Positions 26,065 to 35,576 of a stretch of DNA of 64,000 bases are shown one piece after another. Every line of letters starts with the position of its first letter. The first letter of the stretch is position 1. The stretch comes from Patulibacter minatonensis. GTDB taxonomy: Bacteria; Actinomycetota; Thermoleophilia; Solirubrobacterales; Solirubrobacteraceae. The DNA lies in NCBI GenBank assembly GCA_036946195.1, contig JAQIJQ010000005.1, positions 41,456 to 105,455 on the forward strand. Reading direction: 5' to 3'. The notes under the pieces are model-generated. The model did no database searches. It was given only the letters and a program-made list of their open reading frames with translations, and was not told the DNA's origin. The position numbers and the translations under genes are program-made.

Positions 26065-28296
26065 TCAACCGGCGAGCAGCTCGCGCAGTCGCGTGATCCG
26101 CGCCTCGCGGTGGGTCCCGGCAGCCGCCGACTCGAGGGCGGCGGTCTCGCCGACGAGCACGCAGAGCTGACGGGCGCGGGTGACGCCGGTGTAGAGCAGC
26201 TTGCGATCGAGCAGGAAGCGGTGCGCGGATGCGACCGGCATCACGAGCACCGGCACCTCCGTGCCCTGCGCCTTGTGGACGGTCATCGCGAACGCCGACT
26301 CGAGCGAACCGAGCGACGCGCGCGGCACCTCGAGCTCGCCCCCGTCCTCCTGCTCGACGAGCAACGTCCCCTTTCCGAGCATCCGCTTGGCTCGGAGCAC
26401 CTGGCCGTTGACCAGGCCCGTCTCGTAGTCGTTGGCGGTCGCGATCAGCTTCTCACCGGCGACGAAGCCGGTCTTGCCGAGCGGTTCGGCGTCACCCAGG
26501 AGCCCCTCGCGGATCCGGCGCCCGAGCTCGGTCACCCCGCACGGCCCGCGGTACACCGGGGCGAGGACCTGCTGCCCGGCGACCGGATCGACGTTCGCGT
26601 ACTTCGGCAGGCGCTTCGTGATCAGCGCGACGATCTCGTCGGCGATGGCCTCCGGCGTGGAGCGCTCGATCCAGAACACGTCGCGCTCGAGCTCCGGGGG
26701 CTTGCCTCCCGTCCGCTCCGCGATCTGCGCGCGTAGCTCGTCGAGACGGAATTCGGGCCGCTCACCCCGGTTGATCGCGTGGGCGGCGTGGACGATCATC
26801 GAGCGCTGCGACTGGCGCTTGATCGTGCGGAGCCGGGCGACCGGGCAGGCGCCGCTCTCGATGAGGTCGTCGAGCGGCTTGCCCGCGCCGACCGGCTCGA
26901 GCTGGTCGACATCGCCGACGAACACGAGGTGCGTTCCGGTCGCGACGGCGTCCAGGAGCACCTCGAGCACGTCGAGGCTGAGCATGGAGGCCTCGTCCAC
27001 CACGATGAGCGCGGCCTCGACGGGGTCGTCCATGGTGCGCTCGGCACGCTGCCCCGGCACCCAGCCGAGCATCCGGTGGACGGTGCGGGCATCGTGCCCC
27101 GTCGCCTCCTCGATACGTCGCGCCGCGCGGCCTGTCGGCGCAGCGAGCGCGACGAGGTCGTCGCCGACGGCCTTGCTCCCGAGCGTTGCGAGCGCCTCGA
27201 TGAGCACCGTCTTACCGGTACCCGGCAGGCCGGTGGCAACGCTCAGCGGGTGCTCGAGGGCGGCCACCACGGCGGCGCGCTGCTCGGCGTCGAGCACCTT
27301 GCCGCCGATCTTCAGCGGGTCGGGCACCTCGATGCCCGCGAGATCCGCGTGGGGCGTGGCCGCGGCGATGCGCCGCAGGCCCTTCGCGACGGCGCCCTCG
27401 CGCCGCCAGAGCACGCCGTCGGCGATCAGCCCGTCCTTGAGCACCAGCAGCTTGTTGTCGGCCAGCTCGCTCAGATCGACCGGGAGCGCCGGCGGCGGGT
27501 CGAGCCCGAGCGCGTCCGCACGGCGGCGCGCCTCCTCGACGGGGAGCGCCACGTGTCCTTGACGCTGCGACGCCTCACGCAGCACCTCGACGAGGATCGC
27601 GCGGGCGCGCGCCTCCCCGGCCGCCTCGATGCCCACGGCGCGCGCGATCGCGTCGGCCGTGCGGATGCCGACGCCGTGCAGGCTGGTGAGCGCGTACGGG
27701 TCGGCGGAGATCTTCGCGACGGCGTCCTTGCCGAGCTCCTTGTGAAGCCGATCGGCGAGGTAGCCGACGCGATGACGGGCCAGCATGAGCCGCAGCGGCC
27801 GCTTGGGGGCGTCCGCCCGCCAGGAGCGCGCGGCCTCCTTGGCGCGGACGATGCCCAGGCCGGGGACCTTCTTGAAGGCAGCGTCGGGGTCGGCGTCGAT
27901 CTTCGCGAGGGTGCCGGTGCCGAGGCGCTTCACGAGCTCGTCGGCGTAGTGCGGACCGATGTGCCGGGTGAAGCGGAGCACGTCGACGATGGCGCCGAGC
28001 TCGTCGACGCCGAGCCGATCGACCTGCAGCGCGTTGAGCGTCGGGCCGTACCGCTGGTGGACGTTCCAGGCCGCACGGACGGCGATGCGGTCGCCGGCCT
28101 CCGCCCCGGACAGCTGCCCGGAGAGGCGTGCCTCGCGGGGATCGTCGCCCGTCGTGCGCACGAGCGCGAGCGCCCACTCGTCGCGACGCGCAAGGATGCG
28201 GTGCACCGAGAGCTCGCCCTCGAACGTTCCCTCGCCTTCGAGGGCCGGGAGATCACCACGCGCCATCCACTGGAGTATCGCGGACGGGGATGTCAC
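26065..28296 (-). CDS. recD2: RecD2-type SF1B 5'-3' DNA helicase
   Basis: 743 aa. HhH-like N-terminal region. 'GLPGTGKTV', 'APTGRAARR', 'VVDEASML', 'FVGDVDQLEPVGAG', 'RLRTIKRQ', 'MTVHKAQGTE', 'LLYTGVTRAR'. Confidence 0.9.
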   Translation of the reverse strand: MTSPSAILQWMARGDLPALEGEGTFEGELSVHRILARRDEWALALVRTTGDDPREARLSGQLSGAEAGDRIAVRAAWNVHQRYGPTLNALQVDRLGVDELGAIVDVLRFTRHIGPHYADELVKRLGTGTLAKIDADPDAAFKKVPGLGIVRAKEAARSWRADAPKRPLRLMLARHRVGYLADRLHKELGKDAVAKISADPYALTSLHGVGIRTADAIARAVGIEAAGEARARAILVEVLREASQRQGHVALPVEEARRRADALGLDPPPALPVDLSELADNKLLVLKDGLIADGVLWRREGAVAKGLRRIAAATPHADLAGIEVPDPLKIGGKVLDAEQRAAVVAALEHPLSVATGLPGTGKTVLIEALATLGSKAVGDDLVALAAPTGRAARRIEEATGHDARTVHRMLGWVPGQRAERTMDDPVEAALIVVDEASMLSLDVLEVLLDAVATGTHLVFVGDVDQLEPVGAGKPLDDLIESGACPVARLRTIKRQSQRSMIVHAAHAINRGERPEFRLDELRAQIAERTGGKPPELERDVFWIERSTPEAIADEIVALITKRLPKYANVDPVAGQQVLAPVYRGPCGVTELGRRIREGLLGDAEPLGKTGFVAGEKLIATANDYETGLVNGQVLRAKRMLGKGTLLVEQEDGGELEVPRASLGSLESAFAMTVHKAQGTEVPVLVMPVASAHRFLLDRKLLYTGVTRARQLCVLVGETAALESAAAGTHREARITRLRELLAG

Positions 28297-28456
28297 GGAT
28301 GTGCGCCGCTCCGTGACGGAACTGCGCAGGGAGCGGGGTTACGGCGCCGGCGGCGAGCAGACCGCCGGCGACCTTCGCCCGACCGGGCCGCTCACGGTGG
28401 CGACCCGTGGCCCCGACCGCGGCGCGCGGCCACGGTCGGGTCGGATTGAGGGTCGG

Positions 28457-28639
28457 TCAGTGCTCGGAGGACGCGCTGAGCCCTTCGGCGAACGCATCGG
28501 GCATCGCCGTCAGTTCGAGCGTCTCCTCGTCGCCGCAGCCCATCACCGTGTCCGGCTCGTGGACGTCGACTTCGACCCATTCCCCGACGTCGCCGAACGA
28601 CGCGTAGGAATCCGACCAGGTTTGCTGGAGATCGGCCAT
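28457..28639 (-). CDS. Small acidic hypothetical protein (60 aa)
   Basis: ATG at 28639 lies 5 nt after AGGAG ('GGAAAGGCAGGAGTCACATG' on the minus strand). 'MADLQQTWSDSYASFGDVGEWVEVDVHEPDTVMGCGDEETLELTAMPDAFAEGLSASSEH' has normal, non-shadow composition. The longer track ORF (to 28825) has an Arg/Ser-rich junk N-terminus. Confidence 0.55.
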   Translation of the reverse strand: MADLQQTWSDSYASFGDVGEWVEVDVHEPDTVMGCGDEETLELTAMPDAFAEGLSASSEH

Positions 28640-28853
28640 GTGACTCCTGCCTTTCCCGCCGCGGGGGCGGCGTTTCTTGGTCGTACGAACGATCGGCTGC
28701 GAAGACCGCGGCCGCTCGTTCGCCGTGCCCTTACAGGAGTAGCCCCGGTGACGATGAGGGTCAATGGCCCTGGCGTTGAGATCGCGTGAAGACGCGCTCG
28801 ACACCCTGTGGACCGACGGTTTCACCGCGAGTGAACCCCCGTCGGGGGACAGG

Positions 28854-29177
28854 CTACGGACGTCTGTTGGACCATGGCGCGCGACGCCGTTCGCGTGCGC
28901 GCGGGCGAGCCTCGACGCCCGCTTCCTCTAGGCTCGACGGCGCGAGCGCATCGCTCAGCTCGGCGAGCTCCTCGTCGGAGAACGGGCGCGGCGACGGGCG
29001 TCCGTCGTCCCACTGCCCGCCCTCGGCCACCCGCCTGCGAGCCTCGTCCTCTGCGTTGCGCTCATCGCCGTTCGTGAGCGAGCCGCGGACGATCCACCAC
29101 AACGACCAGATGGCGAGCGCGACGGATACCGCGATGAAGGCGTTGCCGTAGATGCTGCCGTTGACCACGGCGGCCAA
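28854..29177 (-). CDS. Small single-TM hypothetical protein
   Basis: 107 aa. 'NAFIAVSVALAIWSLWWIV' TM helix, then an acidic tail 'DERNAEDEARRRVAEGGQWDD...FSDEELAELSDAL'. The C-terminal 20 aa are Arg-rich, so the exact end is less certain. Confidence 0.5.
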   Translation of the reverse strand: MAAVVNGSIYGNAFIAVSVALAIWSLWWIVRGSLTNGDERNAEDEARRRVAEGGQWDDGRPSPRPFSDEELAELSDALAPSSLEEAGVEARPRARERRRAPWSNRRP

Positions 29178-29276
29178 CGGTACCGGAGCACCGGACTTCG
29201 GACCCCACTGCCCCCTCCGGTCGGCCGCTAGCTGACCACCGGTCAGTTACGGCGTCCGAGGGCGTAGGATCGCGCC

Positions 29277-30074
29277 ATGGCCCAACCCAGCACCGTGCTC
29301 ATCACCGGCGCCGCCAGCGGGATCGGGCGCGCGCTCGCCCACCGGTACGCCTCCGGGGCGCGCCGGCTGCTCCTTCTCGATCGCAACGAGCCGCAGGCCA
29401 CCGCCGACGAGCTCGCCGCCTCCGGGGCGGCCGTCGGCACCGCGTCGGCCGATGTGCGCGATGCGGAGGCCGTCGCCTCGGCCGTCGCCGAGCTCGCAGC
29501 CGGCGACCCGATCGACCTCGTCGTCAACTGCGCCGGCGTGCTGCCCCCGATCGACCCGGTCGGCGCCGTCGCGCCGAGCGACTTCAAGTTCACGATCGAC
29601 GTGAACCTCACCGGCTCCTTCAACGTCGTCCACGCCGCCCTTCCGCACCTGCGCGCCGGCTCGGCCGTCGCACTCGTCGCATCGATGGGTGGGCTGGTCG
29701 CCGGCTACCGCTACACCGCCTACAGCGCGTCCAAGTTCGGCGTCGTGGGGCTGGCCGAGACGATCCGCATGGAACTCCGTCAGCAGGGGATCTCCACCCA
29801 CGTGATCTGCCCGGGCGAGGTGAGCACGCCGATGGTCGACGCCGAGATCGCGGCCGGCGACGCCGTCCAGCGCGAGGTCAAGATGCTCTCCGGCAAGCCC
29901 ATCACCCCCGAACAGGCCGCCGCCGGCATCGCGAAGGGGATCGCCGCCGGGGAATTCCTCGTCATCCCCACCGCCCAGGCCCGCTGGCTCTCCCGGATCG
30001 TCCGCGTCGCGCCGGTCCCCGTCCGCCACGCCATCACCGACCTCTCGATCCGCCGCGCGACGCGGCACGCGTAG
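29277..30074 (+). CDS. Short-chain dehydrogenase/reductase (classical SDR)
   Basis: 265 aa. 'VLITGAASGIGRALA', 'NCAG', 'YSASKFGVVGLAE'. Confidence 0.88.
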   Translation: MAQPSTVLITGAASGIGRALAHRYASGARRLLLLDRNEPQATADELAASGAAVGTASADVRDAEAVASAVAELAAGDPIDLVVNCAGVLPPIDPVGAVAPSDFKFTIDVNLTGSFNVVHAALPHLRAGSAVALVASMGGLVAGYRYTAYSASKFGVVGLAETIRMELRQQGISTHVICPGEVSTPMVDAEIAAGDAVQREVKMLSGKPITPEQAAAGIAKGIAAGEFLVIPTAQARWLSRIVRVAPVPVRHAITDLSIRRATRHA

Positions 30075-30086
30075 GGCGCGCCCCGG

Positions 30087-31361
30087 CTACCCCCGCGCGC
30101 GGAGCGCGGCCAGCGCCGCGCCGACGCCCTTGCCGCCCGGCGCGTCGATCGCGTAACGCGCGTAGGCGGGGGCCGCGAGCCGCAGCAGGATCACCGCGAG
30201 GAGGAGCGGTCCGGCGAACCCGATCGCGAGCTCCCAGGCGGGAACGTCGCCCCCGGCGAGCCGTCCGAGCATGAGCAGGGGCGAGAAGAACGGCACGAAC
30301 GAGAGCGCGTGGACGAGCGACGAGACCGTCGACCCGGGGGCGACGATGGTCGTGGTCGCGATGTAGCCGCCGATCTGGAGCATCGTGCCGAGCGCGACCG
30401 CGCCGCCGACGTCCTCGATCTTGCGGACCGGGATCACGAGCACCGCCGCCAGGGCGGCGTAGAGCACGTACGTGAGCACCATCGCGACGGGGAACCACAC
30501 GAGCATCTCGAGCGGCACGCCCGTGAACGTGTCCTTCAGATCACCCGAGACCGCGAGCGCCGCCGCGATCCCCGCGACCATCCACACGCCGAGCTGCAGG
30601 AACCCGGCCACGCCGAGACCGATCAACTTGCCGGCCAGGTGCTCCTCCGGGCGCGCCGCCGTCAGCAGGCGCTCGACGATCCGGCCGGCGCGGTCGGAGA
30701 CGATGCTGTTCGCGAACGACGTGATCAGCAGCAGTCCGATCACGTAGAGGACGAGGGTCATCGCGAACACGACGCCTGCAGCCGCAGGCGTCGGCCCGGT
30801 CGACGGGACCTCGCGCACCTGCACGTCGACCGGTGCCAGCACCTGCGCACGATCCTCCGGCGCCACCTGGTCCAGGCGGGCCGTGATCGCCGCTCGCTGC
30901 AGGACGGCCGCGAGGGGCGCCACGTCGGTGGACGAGTTCTCGCGCTGCAGCAGCCCGAGCCGGGGGCGCTCGGCCGGCCCGCGGACCACGAGCCCGAGGT
31001 CGTCGTCGCCGGCCTTCACGCGGTCGCGCACCGTGCGCTCGGCCACGACCTCGATCTCGAGGCGCTCGCCCCCGAGGTCCCGCGCCGCAGCCTCGAGCGC
31101 GTCGGCCCTGGTCCGAGCATCGCCCGCTGAGAGGTCGACGAACGCCGCCGGCACCACGAGGCGTTCGGCGGCGTCGTCGCCACCGTCGATCAGGGTCGGG
31201 ACGATGACGGCTGCGGCGACGAGCACCGCCCCGACGATCGCGACCACCCGGTACGCCTTCTGCGCGACGCGCTCACGCAGCTCACGCCGGGCGATCAGCC
31301 ACGTGCGTGCCCACGAGAGCGGCATGCGCGTCGCCGTTCCGTTGGCGTCGGCGCGACTCAT
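30087..31361 (-). CDS. ABC-2 type exporter permease (NatB-like)
   Basis: 424 aa. N-terminal TM, a large extracytoplasmic loop, then 5 C-terminal TM segments. 4-nt overlap with the upstream ATPase gene. Confidence 0.8.
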   Translation of the reverse strand: MSRADANGTATRMPLSWARTWLIARRELRERVAQKAYRVVAIVGAVLVAAAVIVPTLIDGGDDAAERLVVPAAFVDLSAGDARTRADALEAAARDLGGERLEIEVVAERTVRDRVKAGDDDLGLVVRGPAERPRLGLLQRENSSTDVAPLAAVLQRAAITARLDQVAPEDRAQVLAPVDVQVREVPSTGPTPAAAGVVFAMTLVLYVIGLLLITSFANSIVSDRAGRIVERLLTAARPEEHLAGKLIGLGVAGFLQLGVWMVAGIAAALAVSGDLKDTFTGVPLEMLVWFPVAMVLTYVLYAALAAVLVIPVRKIEDVGGAVALGTMLQIGGYIATTTIVAPGSTVSSLVHALSFVPFFSPLLMLGRLAGGDVPAWELAIGFAGPLLLAVILLRLAAPAYARYAIDAPGGKGVGAALAALRARG

Positions 31362-32251
31362 GCGGCCTGCACCTCGCGGACGAACAGCTCCCGCATCGTC
31401 GGCTCGACGACCGCGAGCCCGACCACCCGGGCGTGGTGGTCGAGCGCTGCGCGCAGCAGCCCCTCCGGCTCGACGGCGTCGAGCGCCACCTCGAGCACGA
31501 GCGGATCATCGCCGGGGGGCGCGAGCCCCGGGACGGCCCGTTCGAGCCCGGGGCACGGCTCGGCCAGCTCCAGGCGACGGCGCCGCAGCTGCGGGTGGCG
31601 GTCGCGCAGACCCCCGACGGGGCCGTCGTACCGCAGCCGGCCACCCGAGATGAGCGCGACGTAGGAGCAGAAGCGCTCGACGCGCTCGAGGTCGTGCGAG
31701 CTCAGCAGGAGCGTTGCGCCACGTGCAGCCAGCTCGGTCATCAGGTCCTCCACCACGGCCTGGCCGATCGGGTCCAGTCCGGAGAACGGCTCGTCGAGCA
31801 CGACCAGCTCCGGCTCGTGCGCGAGCGACGAGGCGAGCTGCACCCGCTGCTGGTTGCCCTTGGAGAGGGCGCCGACCGAGCTCGCGGCCGGCAGCTCGAG
31901 CTTGTCGGCCCAGCGCGCCGCCGCGGCGAGGGCGTCCTTGCGGCTGCGGCCGTGGAGCTCGACGAAGAACGCGATGTGGTCGGCCACCGTCATCCGCTCG
32001 TACACCCCGATCTGCTCGGGGAGGTAGCCGACGAGCCGACGGTCGACGAGCGCCGCGGGCACGCCGTCCCAGGCGATCGCGCCGCCGTCGGGGGCGAGCA
32101 GCCCCATCGCCATGCGGATCGTGGTGCTCTTACCCGCGCCGTTCGGTCCGAGCAGGCCGATCACCTCCCCGGACGGGAGGTCGAACGACACGTCGTCGAC
32201 GGCGGTGAGATCGCCGAACCGGCGCGTGAGGTGCTCCGCGGTGAGGCCCAT
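31358..32251 (-). CDS. ABC transporter ATP-binding protein
   Basis: 297 aa. Walker A 'GPNGAGKST', signature 'LSKGNQQR', Walker B 'LVVLDEPFSGLD'. Confidence 0.9.
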   Translation of the reverse strand: MGLTAEHLTRRFGDLTAVDDVSFDLPSGEVIGLLGPNGAGKSTTIRMAMGLLAPDGGAIAWDGVPAALVDRRLVGYLPEQIGVYERMTVADHIAFFVELHGRSRKDALAAAARWADKLELPAASSVGALSKGNQQRVQLASSLAHEPELVVLDEPFSGLDPIGQAVVEDLMTELAARGATLLLSSHDLERVERFCSYVALISGGRLRYDGPVGGLRDRHPQLRRRRLELAEPCPGLERAVPGLAPPGDDPLVLEVALDAVEPEGLLRAALDHHARVVGLAVVEPTMRELFVREVQAA

Positions 32252-32342
32252 GTGCTCCGGGTTGTATCAGGGCCTGCGACGGCCTCCGCGCCGCCGGGGA
32301 GCGCACGCACGGTCCCGCGCGGTCTGGCACGATGCTCGATTC

Positions 32343-33893
32343 GTGGCCTCGGCACCGTCGTCCACATCACGGCGCGACCGCGCCTTCCTGATCGTCCTCG
32401 CGCTCCTGCTGCTGATCGGCGTCGCCGCCGCCCTCACGCGCAAGCACGGGACGACGCCTCGCGGCCCGGGCGTGGCCCCCGCGGCCGGGGAGAGCGCGAG
32501 CGGCAACGCCGGCTCGGCCGCCCTTGCTGCGCTCCGCTACCGGCCGGGCAACGACGACGAGTACGCCGAGCGCGCCGCGCAGGCGTTCTCACATCCCCTC
32601 TATTCGATGGTCCCCGGCGGCGCGCTGGCGACCGCGAAACGCGTGGCCCAGTGGCGCTCGCAGATCGAGCAGGCCGCGAGCGTGAAGGACTCGCCCGTCG
32701 ACGCCGACACGCTCGAGGCCCTCGTGTACCTCGAGAGCGCGGGCCGCCCGAACGCGGCCGTCACGGGCAAGGCAGCGGATGCGATCGGTCTCACGCAGAT
32801 CGTCGGCGGCACCGGCAACGACCTGCTCGGGATGGACATCGACCTCGCCCTCTCGGATGCCCTCACGAAGCGCATCGCGAAGGTGCGCGGGCAGGTCGTG
32901 AGGTGGAAGGCCAAGGACGCGAAGGTGGCGGCCGCGAAGGGCGAGCGCGAGCTGCAGGATCTGCGGGTCGCCCGGGCCAAGGCGGATCCGCGCTTCGTGC
33001 CGGCTGCGGCGCTGGCCGCGACGGTGCGATACCTCAAGATCGCCGAGAGCAAGCTCGGACGGGAGGATCTCGCGCTCACCAGCTACCACATGGGCATCGG
33101 CAACCTGCAGCAGGTGCTCTCCGAGTACGGGCGCAGCTCCGTGCCGTACGTGCAGCTCTACTTCGACGTCGATCCGCAGCGGTCACCCGAGGCCTACGAG
33201 CGGCTGAGCAAGTTCCAGGACGACTCGGCCACCTACTACTGGCGCCTGCTCGCGGCCAAGAAGATCATGCAGCGCTACCGCGAGGACTCGGCCGGGCTCG
33301 CGAAGGACGCCGCACTGATCACGGAGAAGGCGTCCCTCGAGGACTTCATGCATCCGCCGGCCGACAACCCGCCGTTCGCCGACCCTGCCGAGCTGGCCGA
33401 TGCGATCGATGCCGGGAAGCTCTCCAAGCTCCCGATCGCCGCGCTCAACGCGAACGGCGTGGCCGTCAGCCCGGCGATGGGCGAGCTCGCTCGCAAGCTC
33501 GGCGTGCCGAAGCGCAACTACCGATCGCTGCGCCGCGGCAGCCTCGCGACGCTCGTGACGATCGGCGCTGCCGTCCGCACGCTCTCGGGGAAGGGCACGT
33601 ACCTCACGGCGACGAGCACGGCGCGCGATACGCGCTACCAGTCGCTGCTGCAGGCCGAGACGGTGCAGGCGACCCGCGCCTACTCGCTGCACACGTCGGG
33701 CTGGGCGATCGACATCGCGCGCGACTACCGATCCGGCAAGCAGGCCCGGATGTTCCAGTTCGTGCTCACGCGCATGCAGGCGCTCGGCCTCATCACCTGG
33801 GTGCGCGAACCCGAGGCGATCCACATCACGGCCGCCGCGGATGCCGAGGGGCGGCTCGGCCCGCTGCTCGAGGTCGCGCTCGGCCGCTCCTGA
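32343..33893 (+). CDS. Membrane-anchored bifunctional cell-wall hydrolase: SLT-type lytic transglycosylase domain plus C-terminal VanY/M15-like metallopeptidase domain
   Basis: TM helix 'FLIVLALLLLIGVAAAL'. SLT motifs 'LVYLESAG', 'GLTQIV', 'SYHMGIGN'. C-terminal 'SLHTSGWAIDI' (SxHxxGxAxD) and 'EPEAIHIT'. The start is uncertain: GTG 32343 was chosen and the track ORF opens at 32112. Confidence 0.7.
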   Translation: MASAPSSTSRRDRAFLIVLALLLLIGVAAALTRKHGTTPRGPGVAPAAGESASGNAGSAALAALRYRPGNDDEYAERAAQAFSHPLYSMVPGGALATAKRVAQWRSQIEQAASVKDSPVDADTLEALVYLESAGRPNAAVTGKAADAIGLTQIVGGTGNDLLGMDIDLALSDALTKRIAKVRGQVVRWKAKDAKVAAAKGERELQDLRVARAKADPRFVPAAALAATVRYLKIAESKLGREDLALTSYHMGIGNLQQVLSEYGRSSVPYVQLYFDVDPQRSPEAYERLSKFQDDSATYYWRLLAAKKIMQRYREDSAGLAKDAALITEKASLEDFMHPPADNPPFADPAELADAIDAGKLSKLPIAALNANGVAVSPAMGELARKLGVPKRNYRSLRRGSLATLVTIGAAVRTLSGKGTYLTATSTARDTRYQSLLQAETVQATRAYSLHTSGWAIDIARDYRSGKQARMFQFVLTRMQALGLITWVREPEAIHITAAADAEGRLGPLLEVALGRS

Positions 33894-34008
33894 GCGCCAG
33901 CTCGGCCACCGCGGGTCGCCCCATCGTCGACCCGGGTTGGCGCGGCTGGGGGCACGGTGCGTATCGTGCGGCGCACGGCGACCGCCCGACCCCGCCGTAG
34001 CCTGCTCG

Positions 34009-34701
34009 ATGACTGGTTCCACCCGCCCCGCCCTGCGCCGCGCCACGGCCGCGCTCACGATCCTGGCTGCCGCCGTACCGACCGGCGCGTCGGCTGCGAC
34101 CACGGTCGGCGTTCCGGGCAAGTGCTACGTGTACTGGCCGGGCACGGGGTCGCAGGAGATCCCGGTGTCGGTCAACGGCCTGACGCCCGGGCAGACGGTG
34201 AAGATCACGCTCGAGGTCGGCGGTCAGCCGGTGAGCGGCATCCCGTCGACCGCGGCCGATGCCTCCGGGTCGATCACGGCGAAGCTCAGCTCGTGGACGA
34301 GCGGGCTCGGCGAGGGGCCGACGGCGTCGACGAAGTCGCGGGTGACGGTCGAGGACGTCGCAACGGGCAAGGAGCTCGGTGAGAATCGCTTCAAGGTCGC
34401 GAACGTGGCGTGGGAGATCGACGGCAAGGTCGCAGCGCTGAGGGTCAAGCGCGTGTGGGAGGTGTCGGGCCTGGCGGTGCTGAGCCCGGAGAACACCTAC
34501 TGGGCGCACTACTTCCGTGGCGCGAAGCAGGTCGGAAGGCAGCGGCTCGGACGCTCGACGGATGCCTGCGGCTACATGAAGGTGCGTCGTCCGCTCGCAC
34601 CGTTCAGGAAGGCGGGCAAGTACGAGGTGCGGGTGCAGGCCTCGTCGACGTTCGACCCGAACTCGAACTGGATCAGCCGCCCGCTGACCATCTCGCGGTA
34701 G
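34009..34701 (+). CDS. Secreted hypothetical protein, paralogue A of a tandem pair
   Basis: Signal peptide 'ALRRATAALTILAAAVPTGASAA'. Shares 'KCYV', 'Y(W/Y)AHYF', 'G..(A/P)CG...(K/R)RPL(A/T)PF(R/K)K.G(K/R)YEV(R/K)' with the next gene. Confidence 0.7.
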   Translation: MTGSTRPALRRATAALTILAAAVPTGASAATTVGVPGKCYVYWPGTGSQEIPVSVNGLTPGQTVKITLEVGGQPVSGIPSTAADASGSITAKLSSWTSGLGEGPTASTKSRVTVEDVATGKELGENRFKVANVAWEIDGKVAALRVKRVWEVSGLAVLSPENTYWAHYFRGAKQVGRQRLGRSTDACGYMKVRRPLAPFRKAGKYEVRVQASSTFDPNSNWISRPLTISR

Positions 34702-34888
34702 CGCGGGTGGACTCGGCGCGTCGGCACCACCCGCGCCGCCCGCCCCCGAATACCGGTGGCACCGTATCCGGGCGTGCCTGGGCATGCGGCTGCGGGTGCG
34801 CCAGCGGGGCCGACCGGGACCGCGCGCCGGGTGCGCCGCTGCGTAGCATCGGCGCCTCCCAACTTCTGAATTCTGGAGTTCCAGAGCC

Positions 34889-35548
34889 ATGTACCCCACC
34901 CGTGCCCTGCTGAGCGCCGCTGCGGTCCTCTCGGTCGCCGCGGTGGCCGCGCCTGCGTCGCAGGCGGCCACCCTCACCCTCGACAAGGCGTGCTACGTCA
35001 ACCTCGGTTCCCAGCAGCAGCCGATCGTGGCGGCGGCGAGCGGCCTCGAGGCCGGCAAGACCTACAACGTCGGCTTCTCGGCGAAGGGCAAGTCCGAGAC
35101 GGGCTACGCGTACGGCCCGGCCGATGCGTCCGGCGTCGTCACGCTGCCGCTGAACAGCTGGTACGGCGGTTCGGCGTACGACGTGAAGACGTACGACGCG
35201 ACGGTCACCCTGCGTGACGGCCAGACGGTGCTCGCCACGGCCGAGACGAAGACGACGTCGGTCGGATTCCAGGCGAAGGGCAAGCGCGGCCTGCGCTCGT
35301 GGAAGGTGACGGGCCTTGCGGCACTCACGGGCGGCACGACCTACTACGCCCACTACTTCAACCACGGCAAGTACAAGGGCCGCCTGAAGCTCGGGAAGGC
35401 GAGTGGGCCCTGCGGCGTGTTCACGGGCAAGCGTCCGCTGACGCCGTTCAAGAAGATCGGCCGCTACGAGGTGAAGATCACGACGAACAAGACGTTCTCC
35501 AAGGACGATCTGCCCCTGACGGGCCGCGTGGTGGTGACGCGCTACTAG
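34889..35548 (+). CDS. Secreted hypothetical protein, paralogue B of a tandem pair
   Basis: Signal peptide 'LLSAAAVLSVAAVAAPASQAA'. Conserved blocks shared with 34009..34701. GGAG lies upstream of ATG 34889. Confidence 0.72.
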   Translation: MYPTRALLSAAAVLSVAAVAAPASQAATLTLDKACYVNLGSQQQPIVAAASGLEAGKTYNVGFSAKGKSETGYAYGPADASGVVTLPLNSWYGGSAYDVKTYDATVTLRDGQTVLATAETKTTSVGFQAKGKRGLRSWKVTGLAALTGGTTYYAHYFNHGKYKGRLKLGKASGPCGVFTGKRPLTPFKKIGRYEVKITTNKTFSKDDLPLTGRVVVTRY

Positions 35549-35576
35549 CGCTCTCCCGGCGGCTCGCCGCGAACCG

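Noticed and set aside
28751-28768. 11-mer TTGACCCTCAT shared between this leader and the groES upstream region (about 37737-37753)
   Set aside because: My rough estimate is that thousands of chance 11-mer coincidences are expected within 2 x 64 kb. In the groES region the spacing to the nearest -10-like hexamer is 21 nt, which is too long for a promoter.
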